DNA of 64,000 nucleotides from Elsinoe ampelina (taxonomy: Eukaryota), in NCBI GenBank assembly GCA_010093995.1, contig ML992508.1, forward strand, positions 902,506-966,505, written 5' to 3'. Every line of letters begins with the position of its first letter. Position 1 is the stretch's first letter. The translations under genes were made by a program, and so were the position numbers. Below are positions 1-12,575 of this stretch, piece by piece. The notes beneath the pieces were generated by a model. It saw only the letters and a program-made list of their open reading frames with translations. It had not been told where the DNA came from and searched no databases.

Positions 1-312
1 AATCTAGCTCGCGTCTAGTTCGTGATCTAAGATAGAGTCTAATTCGCGCTAGATAGATATCTAACTCGGCCTCCGAGATGGATTAATAGTATAGACCAGT
101 TCGGCTTCAAATAGATGCGAGATGGATAAATAATTCACGAAATGGGCAAATATTGGTGGATTTTGGTGGGTGCAGCTATCTAAAACGCCAAGCTTATCCC
201 GCGATTTTTGGGCACAAGAATAGCTGACATGTCGAAAATGAAAGTTCAATCCATTCCTCTCCACTTTCTCTCTTTCTCTGCGGAATCCACTTGACACCTC
301 TCCGTTCCAGCC

Positions 313-3020
313 ATGTTTGCGTGCGATACATGCAACAAATCGTTCAATCGTCGGGAGAATCTTGTCCGACACGAGAAGATTCGTAAGTCTGCCCACATGA
401 ACGAGACTGCCGATGCGGTCTTTCAATCCGGCTGGCTGCCAATCCTCTGGTCAATATGATCGTACTCCACTAAGGTAGTCGATTGGCAGCACATTGGGAT
501 TCGGCTAGGAACACTCTTTCCATAACAAGCACGGTCTTCAACTGCAAATTGAGCAACAACAGCTTTGCTTACTAGCATTTAGACAATACGGCACCTGCGT
601 TTGTCTGCTCCACTTGTGGCAAAGGCTTCTCAAGGAGTGACGTAGCGAGGAGGCACGAAGCACTCATCCATGATGCTAGCTCAGCGACCCCTGAGAGTGT
701 CACCCAAGGCTCCAAAAAGCGGCGAAGGGTGATAAGGACCGAGAGAGAACCGTCGAACCATGATCAATCGATCAGTACACGTTTTAATGTGCTCCGCTCT
801 GGTACAAACATCGCTCCTGCAGGCACGCCAGAAGCTGCTCAAACCGAAGCTGTGCCTAACGAAACTGTAACCATGAGGGATGCGGCTCAAGGCAGTCTTC
901 AAGACCTCTGGAGCAGTATGATCATAGAGGATATTGATATCGACAAGGTCATCAACGAGGACTGGCTCTTTCAGGACCTCTCACCGTCGGTGGATGTGTC
1001 GGCTTGGACTGATTTCGGCGTGCTACCTGCCGCAGACAACAATTCCAATGGACCAAGACCCTGGACTGAACGTGATACTCGTCTGAGTGAGCAGATGCAT
1101 TGCGCTCGACAACCGTTTCAACCTACAACAGACAACGAAGGCGAGGCTGGGTCGAACGTCCTCCCATCCGACCCAGCAGTTCTCAGAAGAGCGGCTTTCG
1201 TTCCGAATCCAGCTCTTCCAGATCCGTCAGATGCACGTGCTCGGATGGCCTCACCGCTAGACGAAACTACAAATTTGGATCATATCCCTTATGCGTGGAA
1301 GGCAGGCTCAGGTAGGCCACAAGGAGATGTTTTTATTGAGTTCGATCCCGAGGATCAGCTCTTCGCTGCACACGACAAAGGACACGATATCTCAGCCGAG
1401 ACGCTCCAGCAGTTGGAGTCTGACCACAGTCACCTGCTCGAACGTACTCACACTACTCAATTACAGATGCCTTCGTTGCGAGTAGTCAATGTGTTGATCG
1501 CTCTTTTCTACCAACACTTCTATCCACAGGCCCCCGCTATCCACAAGACTGTACACAAGGAAGAAATCCTTCGCCGACCGTACCTATTGACTGCAATGAT
1601 TGCAATCGGAGCTACCTATAGTGGTCGAAAAGGCGGTCGTAGGCTCGCCGTTCACCTAGTGGAGCAAAGCCGACGCTGCTTCCAAGCCGCCTTGGAAGAG
1701 GACAATAAGTTAATGCGAGACCCGCTCACGATCTACGCTGGGTACTTGATATGCTTCACTGGTCTATGGTGTGGTAATAAACGAGCCTTTGAATTGGCGG
1801 AAGCCTTTCGAGGGCAGCTTGTCACCTATGTTCGAAGGATACAAGCACATCTCCCTAATATTCCCACTGGTGCAGCCGATCCGGACACTCACTGGCGCCA
1901 CTGGATAGAGATTGAAACACAACGACGAATCTGCTGGCTCATCTACTACTTAGACTCCCAATTCCCAGCCCTGTTACACATACCACCAATGATGTCTGTC
2001 ACAGAGACTCTAGAATGGCTGTGTCCATGTGACGACGAATTCTGGTTGGCTCCATCAGCTCGATTTTGGAAGTCTACTCTTGGACCTGCTCTGATTCCTC
2101 CTGCGAAATTGTTCTCGGCCGCGTTCCTGCCTATCATTAATGCAGATTCCGACCTTCCGCTGCTGCGACTCAATGCATGGAGCAGGCTATTGGTCATTAC
2201 TACAATCAGTGTACATGTATTCAACTTTGCACAAGACCGAGAAATGCGTACAGCATATCAAGAACTGTTCGACAATAAACCAGAATCATCGGGCGATGCA
2301 ATGATGTACGAGAAATTATCATGTAAGTGATTCATGACCAAATCGTCAGGTCTTCATATCTCATAGTACTGACAAGCTTCAGTGGCACTGCGTCGCTGCC
2401 AGCTAGATCTTCAACTACCCGCAGATCATCTCTCGCACATCGCAGATACCGTTCATGAAATGGCTTATTTCCACCTCCATGTATCTATCAAGGATCTCCA
2501 GGACGTCATTGGCAAATCTGGAGAGGCAAGGCAAGAGCAGGCTAAGGGACGATTACGAACTTCAATAGCCGCTCAGCCTCCAACGAGTCCCAGTACGTTA
2601 CACATGATCGAAGCTTTCGGAAGGTATGCGGAGGACAAGTATCACGCAAAAGGTCCTACCAACCCCCATGCTGGTACTACTTGCGCACACGACTTGACCC
2701 CGTACAGTGCCGTCGCTTTCTTCCTAACCTGCCTGTACTTCTATGCATACTCACTGGTGGCCACGGAATCGCAAAGAGAGACATTCAGGGACCACATCAA
2801 CGTTCTCATGCAGAAAGGAGAGCAGAGTACAGCCTACGACGTCTTGAGATGCGGCTTTGATCCAAGACCGGATCCAGATGCAGCACCCACACCTGGTAAC
2901 ATCAGTGCTGAGCCAGCAAAGCTCTTCCTACGATATGGAGCATCGCGATTGCTCGACTATGGTGGATGGGGCTGCTCGATCGGGCTGGGGCTACTGCTGC
3001 ATTGGCGGTCTAAGCTATGA
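313..3020 (+). CDS. C2H2 zinc-finger transcription factor with fungal-specific TF domain (exons 313-382, 583-2322, 2383-3020)
   Basis: Spliced N-terminus gives two C2H2 fingers (FACDTCNKSFNRRENLVRHEKIH; FVCSTCGKGFSRSDVARRHEALIH). The middle domain has typical motifs (FYQHFYPQAPAIH, WIEIETQRRICWLIYYLD, LCPCDDEFW). Introns 383-582 and 2323-2382 have GTAAGT donors and AG acceptors. Confidence 0.9.
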
Positions 3021-3120
3021 TAACACAGTTCTTGCTCACAGACCAGACGAAAGATAATATCTTGCATTGGTAACAGCAGTCCTATTCTTTGCAATAAGAG
3101 CCGATCAACCGATAATCTAT

Positions 3121-3200
3121 GCCGAAACTACCAGAACCTGTGCTGAAACTACCAGAACCTGGCCAAAACTACCAGAATCTGGGCTAAAACTACCAGGATG
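3121..3200. repeat. Short tandem repeat, 4 x ~20-21 bp, core AAACTACCAGAA
   Basis: Units start at ~3125, 3146, 3166 and 3187, between the convergent 3' ends of the TF and the MFS gene. Confidence 0.85.
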
Positions 3201-3393
3201 TTGATGCGTCTGGTAATACACGGAACCGACTCCCAGCTCCGGCTCGCAGTCGGCGGATGGTCTCGTTGGGGATCACATTCCTTGTGATACATGGCAGAGA
3301 CCTTCATGATCACATTTCGCTATCCAGCACACTAATAGATTGAACAAACACCTATAACAGCCAATTCCCCTTGCCCATCCACTCTCCCTCTCC

Positions 3394-5071
3394 TCAAGCC
3401 CCACCACTCCTCGTCTTCTCCAGCGCCAACGTCGCCGCCCCCTGCTTCGCCCTCCCGTCGGTATACTCCCCAAACCGCCTCACCTCAATCTTCCTCTCAT
3501 ACAACCAATCCACCTCATCGGTCGCGAAATCCTTCAGATCCGGCACCACGAACCACGACGCAGCGAACAACACCAGCGATGCCCCGGCGAAAACAAACCC
3601 CGTCCTCGCGCCAAGGTTCCCCGAGTCGACGTTGTACATGTACGGCACGACGAAGTTGAACAACCATGTCGTGATGGCGTTGGACATGATGGCTATAGCT
3701 TGGGATTTGCTCCTGAGACGGTAAGAGGAGAGTTCGGCGGTGATGACGTATGAGATGGAGGTGAGGGTGGTGTTTTGCCAGCAGATGAGGAGGTTCCTGT
3801 TAAAGTCAGTTGGCGCTGCACGCATAGGTGGGATGTGAGAGGGGGGCTTACATGAGGATCGCAATCGCCCACAACGCGGCCTTGGTCGTGGCATACGCTA
3901 GACACCCGATGATGAGCATAATGACAAAGTTCCCTGCCACGCCGATGAGCCAGAGCTATCGTCGCCCTAGCTTGTCGAGGTAGATCCACGACGCGATGAT
4001 GGTGAAGATTGCCAGTGCGAAGCCGCCGCAGGAGACGTCAAAGGAGTTGATGGGGGGTAGGCCGGCGATGATGAGGAAGTAGATGCTCTGCGCGAGGAAG
4101 GATGCGCCTGCGAGGCCGACGCCGAAGAAGAGGAGGTGGATGGTGAGGGTGCGCTTGAGGTTGGAGCCGCGGTAGAGGTCGATGAAGGTGCCTGCGCCGG
4201 TGGAGCGTTGCGCGAGGAGCTCGTTCTGGACTTCGTGATGGATGTGGGCAAAGCGGGCCTCGGGGTGATTGGAGGCGCCGTACATGATGCGGACGGAACG
4301 TTTGGCGGCGGGGAGGCGGTCCTTCAGTATGAGCCAGGTGGGAGATTCGGGAACCAGAAAGAAGAGGAGCCCGGTGAGGCCGCAGAAGACCCATTGGATT
4401 GCGAAGACGGTGCGGAAGGCGTACGGCTCGAGGATGGTGACGTGCATTCGTATGGCGACGAGGCCCATGGCTTGCATGAGGACGGTGAAGAGTACGATAG
4501 CGGACTGTATAGGGGCTCGGAGGCGGAGAGGCGCGATCTCGGAGGCCCAGGTTGTGGCTACGGCGAGGATCGAGCCGATGGCGAGACCGTTGATCATCTT
4601 GCCTGCTAGGAGGACACCTCTTGTGGTTGCTACGAATTGGACTGCCACTCCAGCGGCTGAAATGACCGAGAACCCGATGATGGTGTACTTGCGGCCAATG
4701 CGATCAGCGACGAAGCCAGCGATGAGGCCTCCCAGAGCCTGCAGGAGTTGTGACATGGCTGTCCAGAGCGATGTCCAGATACTGGGCAGGTAGGGCTTGT
4801 GGTCTGGTGTCATTGCTCCAAAGTAGAGCAGGAAACTCGGGAGGGAGATTGAGGCGCCATTTACAATATTGTCGTAGCCGAAGAGGAGTCCAGCAGAGCA
4901 GGCAGCTAGTGCAAGAACGAGAATGCGAGGATAAGTCTTGAACACCTGAAGCAGTGTGAGCTGTCGTTCGTGCTCGAAGAGCTCAGCTCCTCGTCGTTGG
5001 TCGTCCATCGACACGTCCTTCTCCGAAGAGGCTTCCTCGACATATATGGTCTCGTCTTTGATGTCGGCCAT
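3394..5071 (-). pseudogene. MFS sugar porter (maltose/alpha-glucoside permease-like) with one in-frame TAG at 3956-3958; intron 3797-3851
   Basis: Sugar-porter motifs LFGYD, ADRIGRK, SEIAPLRLR, PESPTWL and AELSSYRLRSKSQAI. The frame reads DKLGRR*LWLIGVAGNF and stays open and coding-like after the stop. It could be a pseudogene, an edited or read-through gene, or a base error. Confidence 0.8.
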
Positions 5072-6761
5072 AGTTGCTGCGTAGTCTAGAGTAGCCAGAA
5101 GATGTCACTGGTAGGTGGAGTCAGTCTCCTTGTATACCAAGTCACTCGGGATGAGATGACACGAAGATGCACCCCTGTGGTTCCCCCAGATCTACCCCAT
5201 ACATGCGGAGACTCCACGAATACGTTGCCCACATTGTCGCACGCGTCGACAGGGATCTCGTCCAAAACGCAATCAAGTCTTGGAAATTTGGACGAGAATG
5301 AGTACGTCCACTTCGACAAAGCCTGGAGAGGAGGGAGGGGAAACCCAAGCAGAGGTTCAGGGTTCGCTCCAGAATGTCTCAGTCGTCCACACGACGGTTT
5401 GAACTCCTTCCTGAACTCCTTCCTGGTTCCAACTCTCCACATCCCGATTCCATTCGATCTCTGTAGCTTGAGACCAATGGTGAAAACGCCAGGTCGGGCA
5501 ATTCCCATTGGGCCGCATCCTACCAGTGACTATCCATTCTCACCGTGGACGATGGATGCAGATCGCGATCCTGATCGTGGTGGAAACAGCTCAGGCTCGC
5601 TGACGAGGATTGAACGGGTTGGAGCCTTCAGAAATCGACTGTTAGCATCAAACCGAGTTCGACGAAGGCACCAGTGAGACTCCATTGACCGGCCGGGGAT
5701 GTGATGGATCTTTGATTTCTCGGAAAATGTTATCGGTAGTGGGTCTGGTCGGAACAGCTGTCCGCGCAGCGGAGTACAGGACGATAGGTCCCTCGAACCA
5801 GATTTCCTAACATAAGACGGGATGATGACAGCATCTCGGAATGAGGGAGGTCGCCTGTCGAGGAGTGAACTTCTACACATTGATGCAACGCAGGCCACGC
5901 GGAGTGGGTTTGCCTTCTGCCAACTACCAGAGCAGCACACGTCCAGCAGCTTATTTGAGTCGATCGAAATTAGATGGGATTACCCTCGCCATGATAAAGA
6001 ACAGCACCAGTACCCGTCCAGCATCTGGCCTGAGGAAGTACATATCATAGACAAGGGGCCATCCGCGAGGACATTTCAATTCGGCGAATGACGTATTCCG
6101 GACCAGCCGCGTATCTCTTTCATCTTTGACCTGGTTTGGACTATAATCAGCAAGCCGCGCTCGTTGAGGGTTTCGTGGTCTACCGGTCAGTCTTGTTCGG
6201 TCGCCACCTCAGGCATACATTGTTCAGGGATGGTCCTGGTGTCCTCCCAATCCCGTGGCCCAGGGGTTCCAGGTAGCACTGTAGGCTATGGGAGAGGTGC
6301 TCTAAAAACCACTCGGTGTCGATGACTGAGCACCAAGAAGGTGAACCTCATCCGCACAAAAGTGAGGCCCTTTCTCATACCATCATTTGAGCTCAATATT
6401 AACATGGGTATCGGTACTCATCGTTATGCAAATGGTTTTGAGGTTCACTGACCACTTTTTATAAGGCATATCCTCCTTGCCGCTCTTCTTCACATGTCAA
6501 TTGGAGAAGTCACGTGCTTCAAACGAAGGCTCGGACACAGAGGAAGCAGCTGGAACACCATCGGTCTATGACTCTTCTCTCAAGCCAGTCTCAGCAGTAT
6601 CGTACTTAGATTCTCATTGTGATCTACAGCAACCTCAATTCCAACGTCAGCTTTACCTTCCGACCAATATCAGCTTTCCTTCTCACCAACATCACCTACC
6701 CTTCTCACCGACATCACCTACCCTTCTCACCAGCATCACTTCTACCGAGCAAGTACCAAAC

Positions 6762-7376
6762 ATGTCTAAACCAACCCCTCTGACTCCTGCGGCTGCGGAG
6801 AAAGAATACAAACGCCTCAAGACCAACATGAATAGTGTAATCGGCAAGGCGATCAAAAGCATCAAGAAATCGCAGGAGTACAGAGACAGCACGGCGGAAC
6901 AACAAGAAATGATGGTCATGGTCATCAGAGAGGAGACAGAAGAGAATTAGTGAGATTTGCCATATGAAAACACTCAGCAGGCGACTGACTACTCCAGCTA
7001 TGCTCAAGGCAAACACCCTACACAAGTTCCAGGTTACGAGATCGAGAATCCACTGAACGGTGCCGAGTATGCGGCTACCCAGCAGAATGCACAAACATCT
7101 CAGGACGGTATGGAAAGATCGACCATGCCCGAAGCCGATAGAAGCTTCACACCCGTTAACGTGAGAAGGAATAGCAGGACCGCTGTTGGTGCCGAAGAGC
7201 AGAGCCATATGCCAGCTCAGGATACAGAACGTAACGACAGCAACCGGGACCAGGCGGGAGGAGGGATCAAAGTTCTCCCTGAAGGAGCAGGCGTTCATCA
7301 CCAGGCAGCCCAGGGGATTACCTTGAGTGTCCCAATCGACTACAGAGGGACCATTACATTCGCTCCGGGACAGTGA
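6762..7376 (+). CDS. Hypothetical protein, 2 exons (intron 6950-6997)
   Basis: AACATG start. A GTGAGA...CTGAC...CAG intron joins the two ORFs in frame (EEN-Y-YAQGKHP). No family recognised. Confidence 0.55.
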
Positions 7377-7563
7377 AGTCGAACGAGACCATGTGATGGG
7401 ACAAGCTCTGGTAGGCGCTAAAGTGTGGCAAGGTCGCATTGAGCGAAGCCAGGGGGACTCCCCGGACGTGAGGGCTTAGAACTTTTGCCGCGTTGACCAA
7501 AATGGCCAGCTGGTCATGAGTCGACCAGCATGAAGCAACGTACATACCCAAAAGCAATTGAAA

Positions 7564-8940
7564 TTACGACAAACAACCCCTCAATGCCCTGCCTACCCTT
7601 CTGGCACCTTCCTCCAACACATTTACCTCCTCGAACGCAAAACACAGCCTGATATGATCCCCATGCCTCAACCTCCCCTCGACCGGCACCTCAAACAGGC
7701 TCCCTGAAATAACCACCACATCCTCCTCCTCCTTACATTTCACACTCAACGCATCCCCATCCACCCCATCCGGCAAACGAATCCAGATGAAATACCCCCC
7801 CATATACTCGCCGGGCTCCTCAATCCTCCCCCCAAGCGGCAGCACCTCCCTCTCCAACGCCTCCCTCAAGATACGATACCTCTTCGCATACTCCCTCTGC
7901 AACGCCTCAATATGCTCCCCCAACCACCCGGACGTGATCAGTTGCATGATAAACGTCGACGTGAGCTGCGACGGACACCCTCCCGACCGCGAACTTCCAG
8001 CTTGTGACACGCCAAACGCCAACTTGGGCGCGGCATCTGTCCATCCGCACCGTACGCCAGGCCCGACGATCTTGCTGAACGAGCCGTTGCTGAGTGCGTT
8101 CCCGAAACCGTCGGCGCCAGGGCGGAGGAAGCCGCCGTCGAGAGCGGCGTCGATGTCGGTGAGGCGGGGGAGGAGGGCGCGGGTGAGCGGGGCGAAGGAA
8201 GGGGCGGGGCGGGACGGCCATTGGAGGTGGTCGTAGACGTCGTCGGAGATGAGGAGCATGTCGTGTTGGCGGGCGAGGCGGACGAGGGCTTGGCGGCGGG
8301 GGAGGGAGGTGATGGTGGACGAGGGGTTGGAGAAGGTGGGCACGCAGTAGAGGATGTGACGGTAGTATTTGGAGTAGGGACGGGAGGGCTTGAGGGTCTG
8401 TGGAGGAGAAGGGGGATCAGCTTACCTGGATACTTACTGGTGGGGCGAGTTTGGGCTCACTTTTGAGGACATGGGGTCTTGGGAGAGGTGTTGTTCGCAT
8501 TGTTCTAGCTGTTTTTGCAGCCATTCGATGTCGAGCCCGTCGGTGATCTCGGGGACGGCTTTCATCTTGTCTGCGAAGCCGTGGTCTTGGAAGATGCGGA
8601 ACACGAGCATGTAGGCGGGTGACACGATCCAGACATTTTGGGTGTACAGAGGGTCTGAAAAGACCTGCAGCACACAGGCAAGGTTTTGGGAAGCGCCTCC
8701 GGAGATGACAACGTTGTCTGTTGTGACCTTTCTCCCATAGAAGGAGGTGTTCCAGTCGGCTATAGCCTGCCGAAAAGGGAGGTATCCTTCGTCTGCTCCG
8801 TACAGCAGGGCTGGCGTGGACACGACTTTGTCGGCCAGTATGGTTCGAGCGGCATCGCTGATAGCCTGTGCTGGTAGGAGGGAAGGATTCGGGTAGCCCT
8901 TCAAGAGATCAATCGTGCGCCTACTGTCCTGGCCGGGCAT
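7564..8940 (-). CDS. PLP-dependent class I/II aminotransferase (YER152C-like); intron 8398-8460
   Basis: Motifs IDLLKGYPNPSLLP, GGASQNL, YCVPTFSNPS, ISDDVYD, SNGSFSKIVGPGVRCGW (PLP Lys) and IRLCFA. Confidence 0.9.
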
Positions 8941-9776
8941 TGTTGGGACGGAGTGCGTGTGCCTCTGTGCGTGTTGATGAGGCTGCGCGTCTCGAAGAAA
9001 TTGAAGGGGAGGACGTGGTCGTTGTCAGTGCGGCTGCGGGACGAATGGTTTGGCGCAAACTCAATTGGCCGCCCGGCAAAGAGACCAGGGACTCTACTGG
9101 ACGTGCTTGTGCCGTGTGAGACATGAGCTGCAGAAAATAGACACAACGTCGTCAGCGAGTGCACGTCGTCTCTCTTTGATGACTCTCAGACCTTTCGTAT
9201 TTCCGGCAACATGCACGCGAGAATGTGAAGTTCTTTGAACGTCGCCGGAACCGGAAGTCGCACCCGGTTTTTTGCAGTCTCTGCTGTGGGGAAAATCATC
9301 TGGAAATGGAAATGACGTAGGTCACGCAGCGCCGAGCATCTCCCAGTCTGGCGGCAGGGGCAACAACAGGCTCAGCAGGCTGGGGGTTCTTCGCCAGTCA
9401 CTTGGAAGCTTTCGATTGGCACGACATGATCTCCACCGAAGCACAAACGAAACGAAACGACGACACATCATGCCCATGCACGCTCCCCCAAGCCTCAGCA
9501 TCATTCGTCCACGCGCGGCAAACACATCGCTGCGCCCCTCTTTTCCAAGTCCATCCTGGTTTGTCTGCTTGCCCTCTTTGTCCAAATCTCCATTTCTTCC
9601 CCTGTCAATCTCACGTCAAAACCTGTCACTTTCTCCTCAGTGAAACTTTCTTCTGCACCGAATCACTGACGACTGCATCTGTGCTCACGAGGGAGGCAGA
9701 CGAGGGCTCATTTTTACCCTGCTCAACCAATCGCATGTACATGGAAACGCGACACGGCATACCCTAAGTTCCCGCC

Positions 9777-12575
9777 ATGTCATCCACACATCTACCGCCC
9801 GGCCGACTGTACAAGCCTGTGCCGGCTGTTCCAGCGGGTCCTCCTTCAGCACGGAATTCTCTGGATGCTCAAACTCTGCATAAACCGCAGAGGAAGCCCG
9901 TCCCCGGCCAAGCAGACCCCAGGTCGCTTCCCCCTGCTGTAGCTGCTGATCACGGCATATTTCTCCCTCCGCCTCCAGTTGGTGTTACATCAGACGTATC
10001 CAAGCGACATTCATCCTACGATTGGACCCCAAACAGACCTCGAACCTCCTATAGCAGTCAAGGCAGCACTGCAAGCACAGCTGGAGGTCGGCCTATGACT
10101 CCTGATGGTACCTTGAAGCTTCCACCTCAGAAACTTCGACCCAGTGCCTCGGCCACCAACCTCGGTCTTCCTCAGTCCAGCATGTTACTAAAGTCTGCGC
10201 CCAAGGAGGAGAAAAAGAAGAAGGGATGGTTCGGCAAGAGCAAGGACAAGAAGGAGACTGAACGACGACCCGGTGCTTGGATTGTCGCCCCAGGCCATCC
10301 AGGCAGGATTGGATACAATGTGACCGGGTTGGAGTCGGGCCAGCCTGTGAGTATTGGACCTGTATACTTGAAGCTGAGGTGCTAACGATCCCATCAGGCC
10401 CCTGAACTTTGGGATGAAGCTGGCAGTTGTGTTATTCACCTCTTTCCCAAGGAATCTGGCAAAGGCCCGTCTTTCCGTGTCGACCCCTCGGTCTTCTCAT
10501 CCTCGCCGAAACTCACCAAGAAGGCCTTTGGTAAGATCTACTCGGAGGATGCTGACCGCTCGGTATCCATGACCTCATCCCCACCCCGCGGTCGACGAGA
10601 CATGTCCGGAAACTTCTCAATTGCTTCGGATGGGTCTAGGAGTACTAAGACTTCTCTGGATGACGCGAACCGGGAGGTCCATCTGTGGCTCGACTGTGGT
10701 ATCAATGGGAAGCCGGCCCCTCCCGCTCCTAAGAAGAGCTTGGACACCCCTTTGTCCGAAGATGCAGAGACTCTGCTCGGAATCAGAAACCTCTTCGCTT
10801 TCCTGTGTGGTCAATCACTAGTCGCCACCGACCGGCGCTTCACCCTCTTCTCCATCTTCATGCGAATCGCGGATCTTCTACAGCACTATGAATTCTCCAA
10901 CATGGATAGCTCATCATTTGGTGAAGTCTCGACAACAAGCTTCGACCATTACATTTCAGAGCTTGGCCTCGCAGATGTCCGCAAATCGGCTCAAAAGACT
11001 GTCGAGATGATTGTCTTGGGTGAGCGGATGCGCTCTGTCGCTCTATACAACGAAGCTTTCACTCATGCCGTAGGAAAGTACGATGAGATACAGCGAGCGA
11101 ATCTTGGTACTTACAAGATGGTGTCGCCTACCACTCAGACACGACTTCAGCGTGCTGCCATGGATCTCGAAAAGAGACAGAAGACTGCCGAGGCTATGCT
11201 CAACGACTTTGATTTCCCAGCAATTTTCGCAGGCATTGGCAACTCCAAGACCTCGGACGAAGCAAAGCTAGTCTCATTTGACGCCTGGAAATCGTCCTTC
11301 TCGAAGACGAGGAGCTTCCTGCTTGGCTATTATAAGTCCAGATGGGGATCTTGGCCGCCTAAGCCAAACCCAAAGAAGAACGAGCTCAAGACTGCTGGGC
11401 TCAATCGACTTGTGCTTCGCGAAATGTACTTTGACCTCTGCGCCGTTTATGACCTACTTGTAGATCGAAGCGACCTCACCAATCGCACCGCGGACGGCGT
11501 TACCATCGAGGATAGGGCTACTGACCCACCTCGGGTTCGCGCACTCCGGCATCTGCTATCCGAATATGATCGGTCTACTCCTCCTGTAAAGCCCCCAGTA
11601 CCCTTCGACCTACCTACGTTACCCAACCTCCGCATCACTCGTCCAGAACTTGGCAAGGACAAAAAGACGGATACGAAGCTTCTCTCCAAGTCGCTCAAGT
11701 CGGAGGAGGTCGCAACGCTCCTTGCTTCTTCTCACAACAAGGACGCACTCCGATCACCCTTCGTCGACGCCTTCCTCGAATACGAGCGCTCGCAAGCCAA
11801 AGGCAACAACATCAACCAAATCTCCGACATCCGCTACGGCCAATGGATCTTCCTCTACGCCGTCATCCAAGCCCTCCCCTTCCTCGTCATCGACGCCCCC
11901 GGGGTCCAACACACCGAAAAAGTCGAGTACTTCCTCTGCGAAGCCTCCCGCGGCGGCGTGCCCTGGGCCCGCGAGATGCGCGAACACAAATACTACGCCA
12001 TCGCAGGCAGCAGCGGCGTCGTGTCGCTCCCGTCCGACGTCATCGAGAATTCAGTCGAGGGCATCTACCGCCGCTCCCACTGCTGGGTCATGGCGGAGAA
12101 GTGGTCCCAGAACGACCCGATCCTCAACGCGGCCGTGCACGAACAGCAACAACACCACGCTACCGACGGCCTCCCGCCTCCGCCACCTGCCGCGGCGCTG
12201 AACGGTGACATGGCCCCTGGTTTCAGGGATAGTCGCCAATCCAGCATCGGGAGCGAGACGCTAAGCCTTGCTCCTCCGCCCGTCATGCCGGCCGCTCTGG
12301 GCGAGAGGAGAGTCGACAGCCGCTCCTCCAGCCCGGCGCGGAGTAAGCGTGAATCTGTGCTCAATCTTGGGCTGGAAGCTATCCCCTTACCAAGTGGGGT
12401 CAGTCCGAGTAGACCGGTGAGTGTGGCGGGGGGGCCGCAGGGCGATTACTTGAGCTCCGGGAGTGGAGGGGCGGTCGGGACGCCCGGGGCGCGGCCGGTG
12501 AGCATGGTCGATACGAGCAAGACTTTTGATGCGATTCTGGGGGGGATGGACAAGGGGAAGGGGAAGAAGAAGTAG
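9777..12575 (+). CDS. Conserved-looking fungal protein of unknown function; intron 10347-10397
   Basis: Pro/Ser-rich N-terminus spliced (GTGAGT...GCTAAC...CAG) to a long globular-looking ORF (PELWDEAGSCVIHLFP...RRSHCW). Confidence 0.75.

Noticed and set aside
1..110. TpA/CTAG-rich stretch suggesting a RIP-mutated repeat edge
   Set aside because: It is too short and cut by the window boundary.
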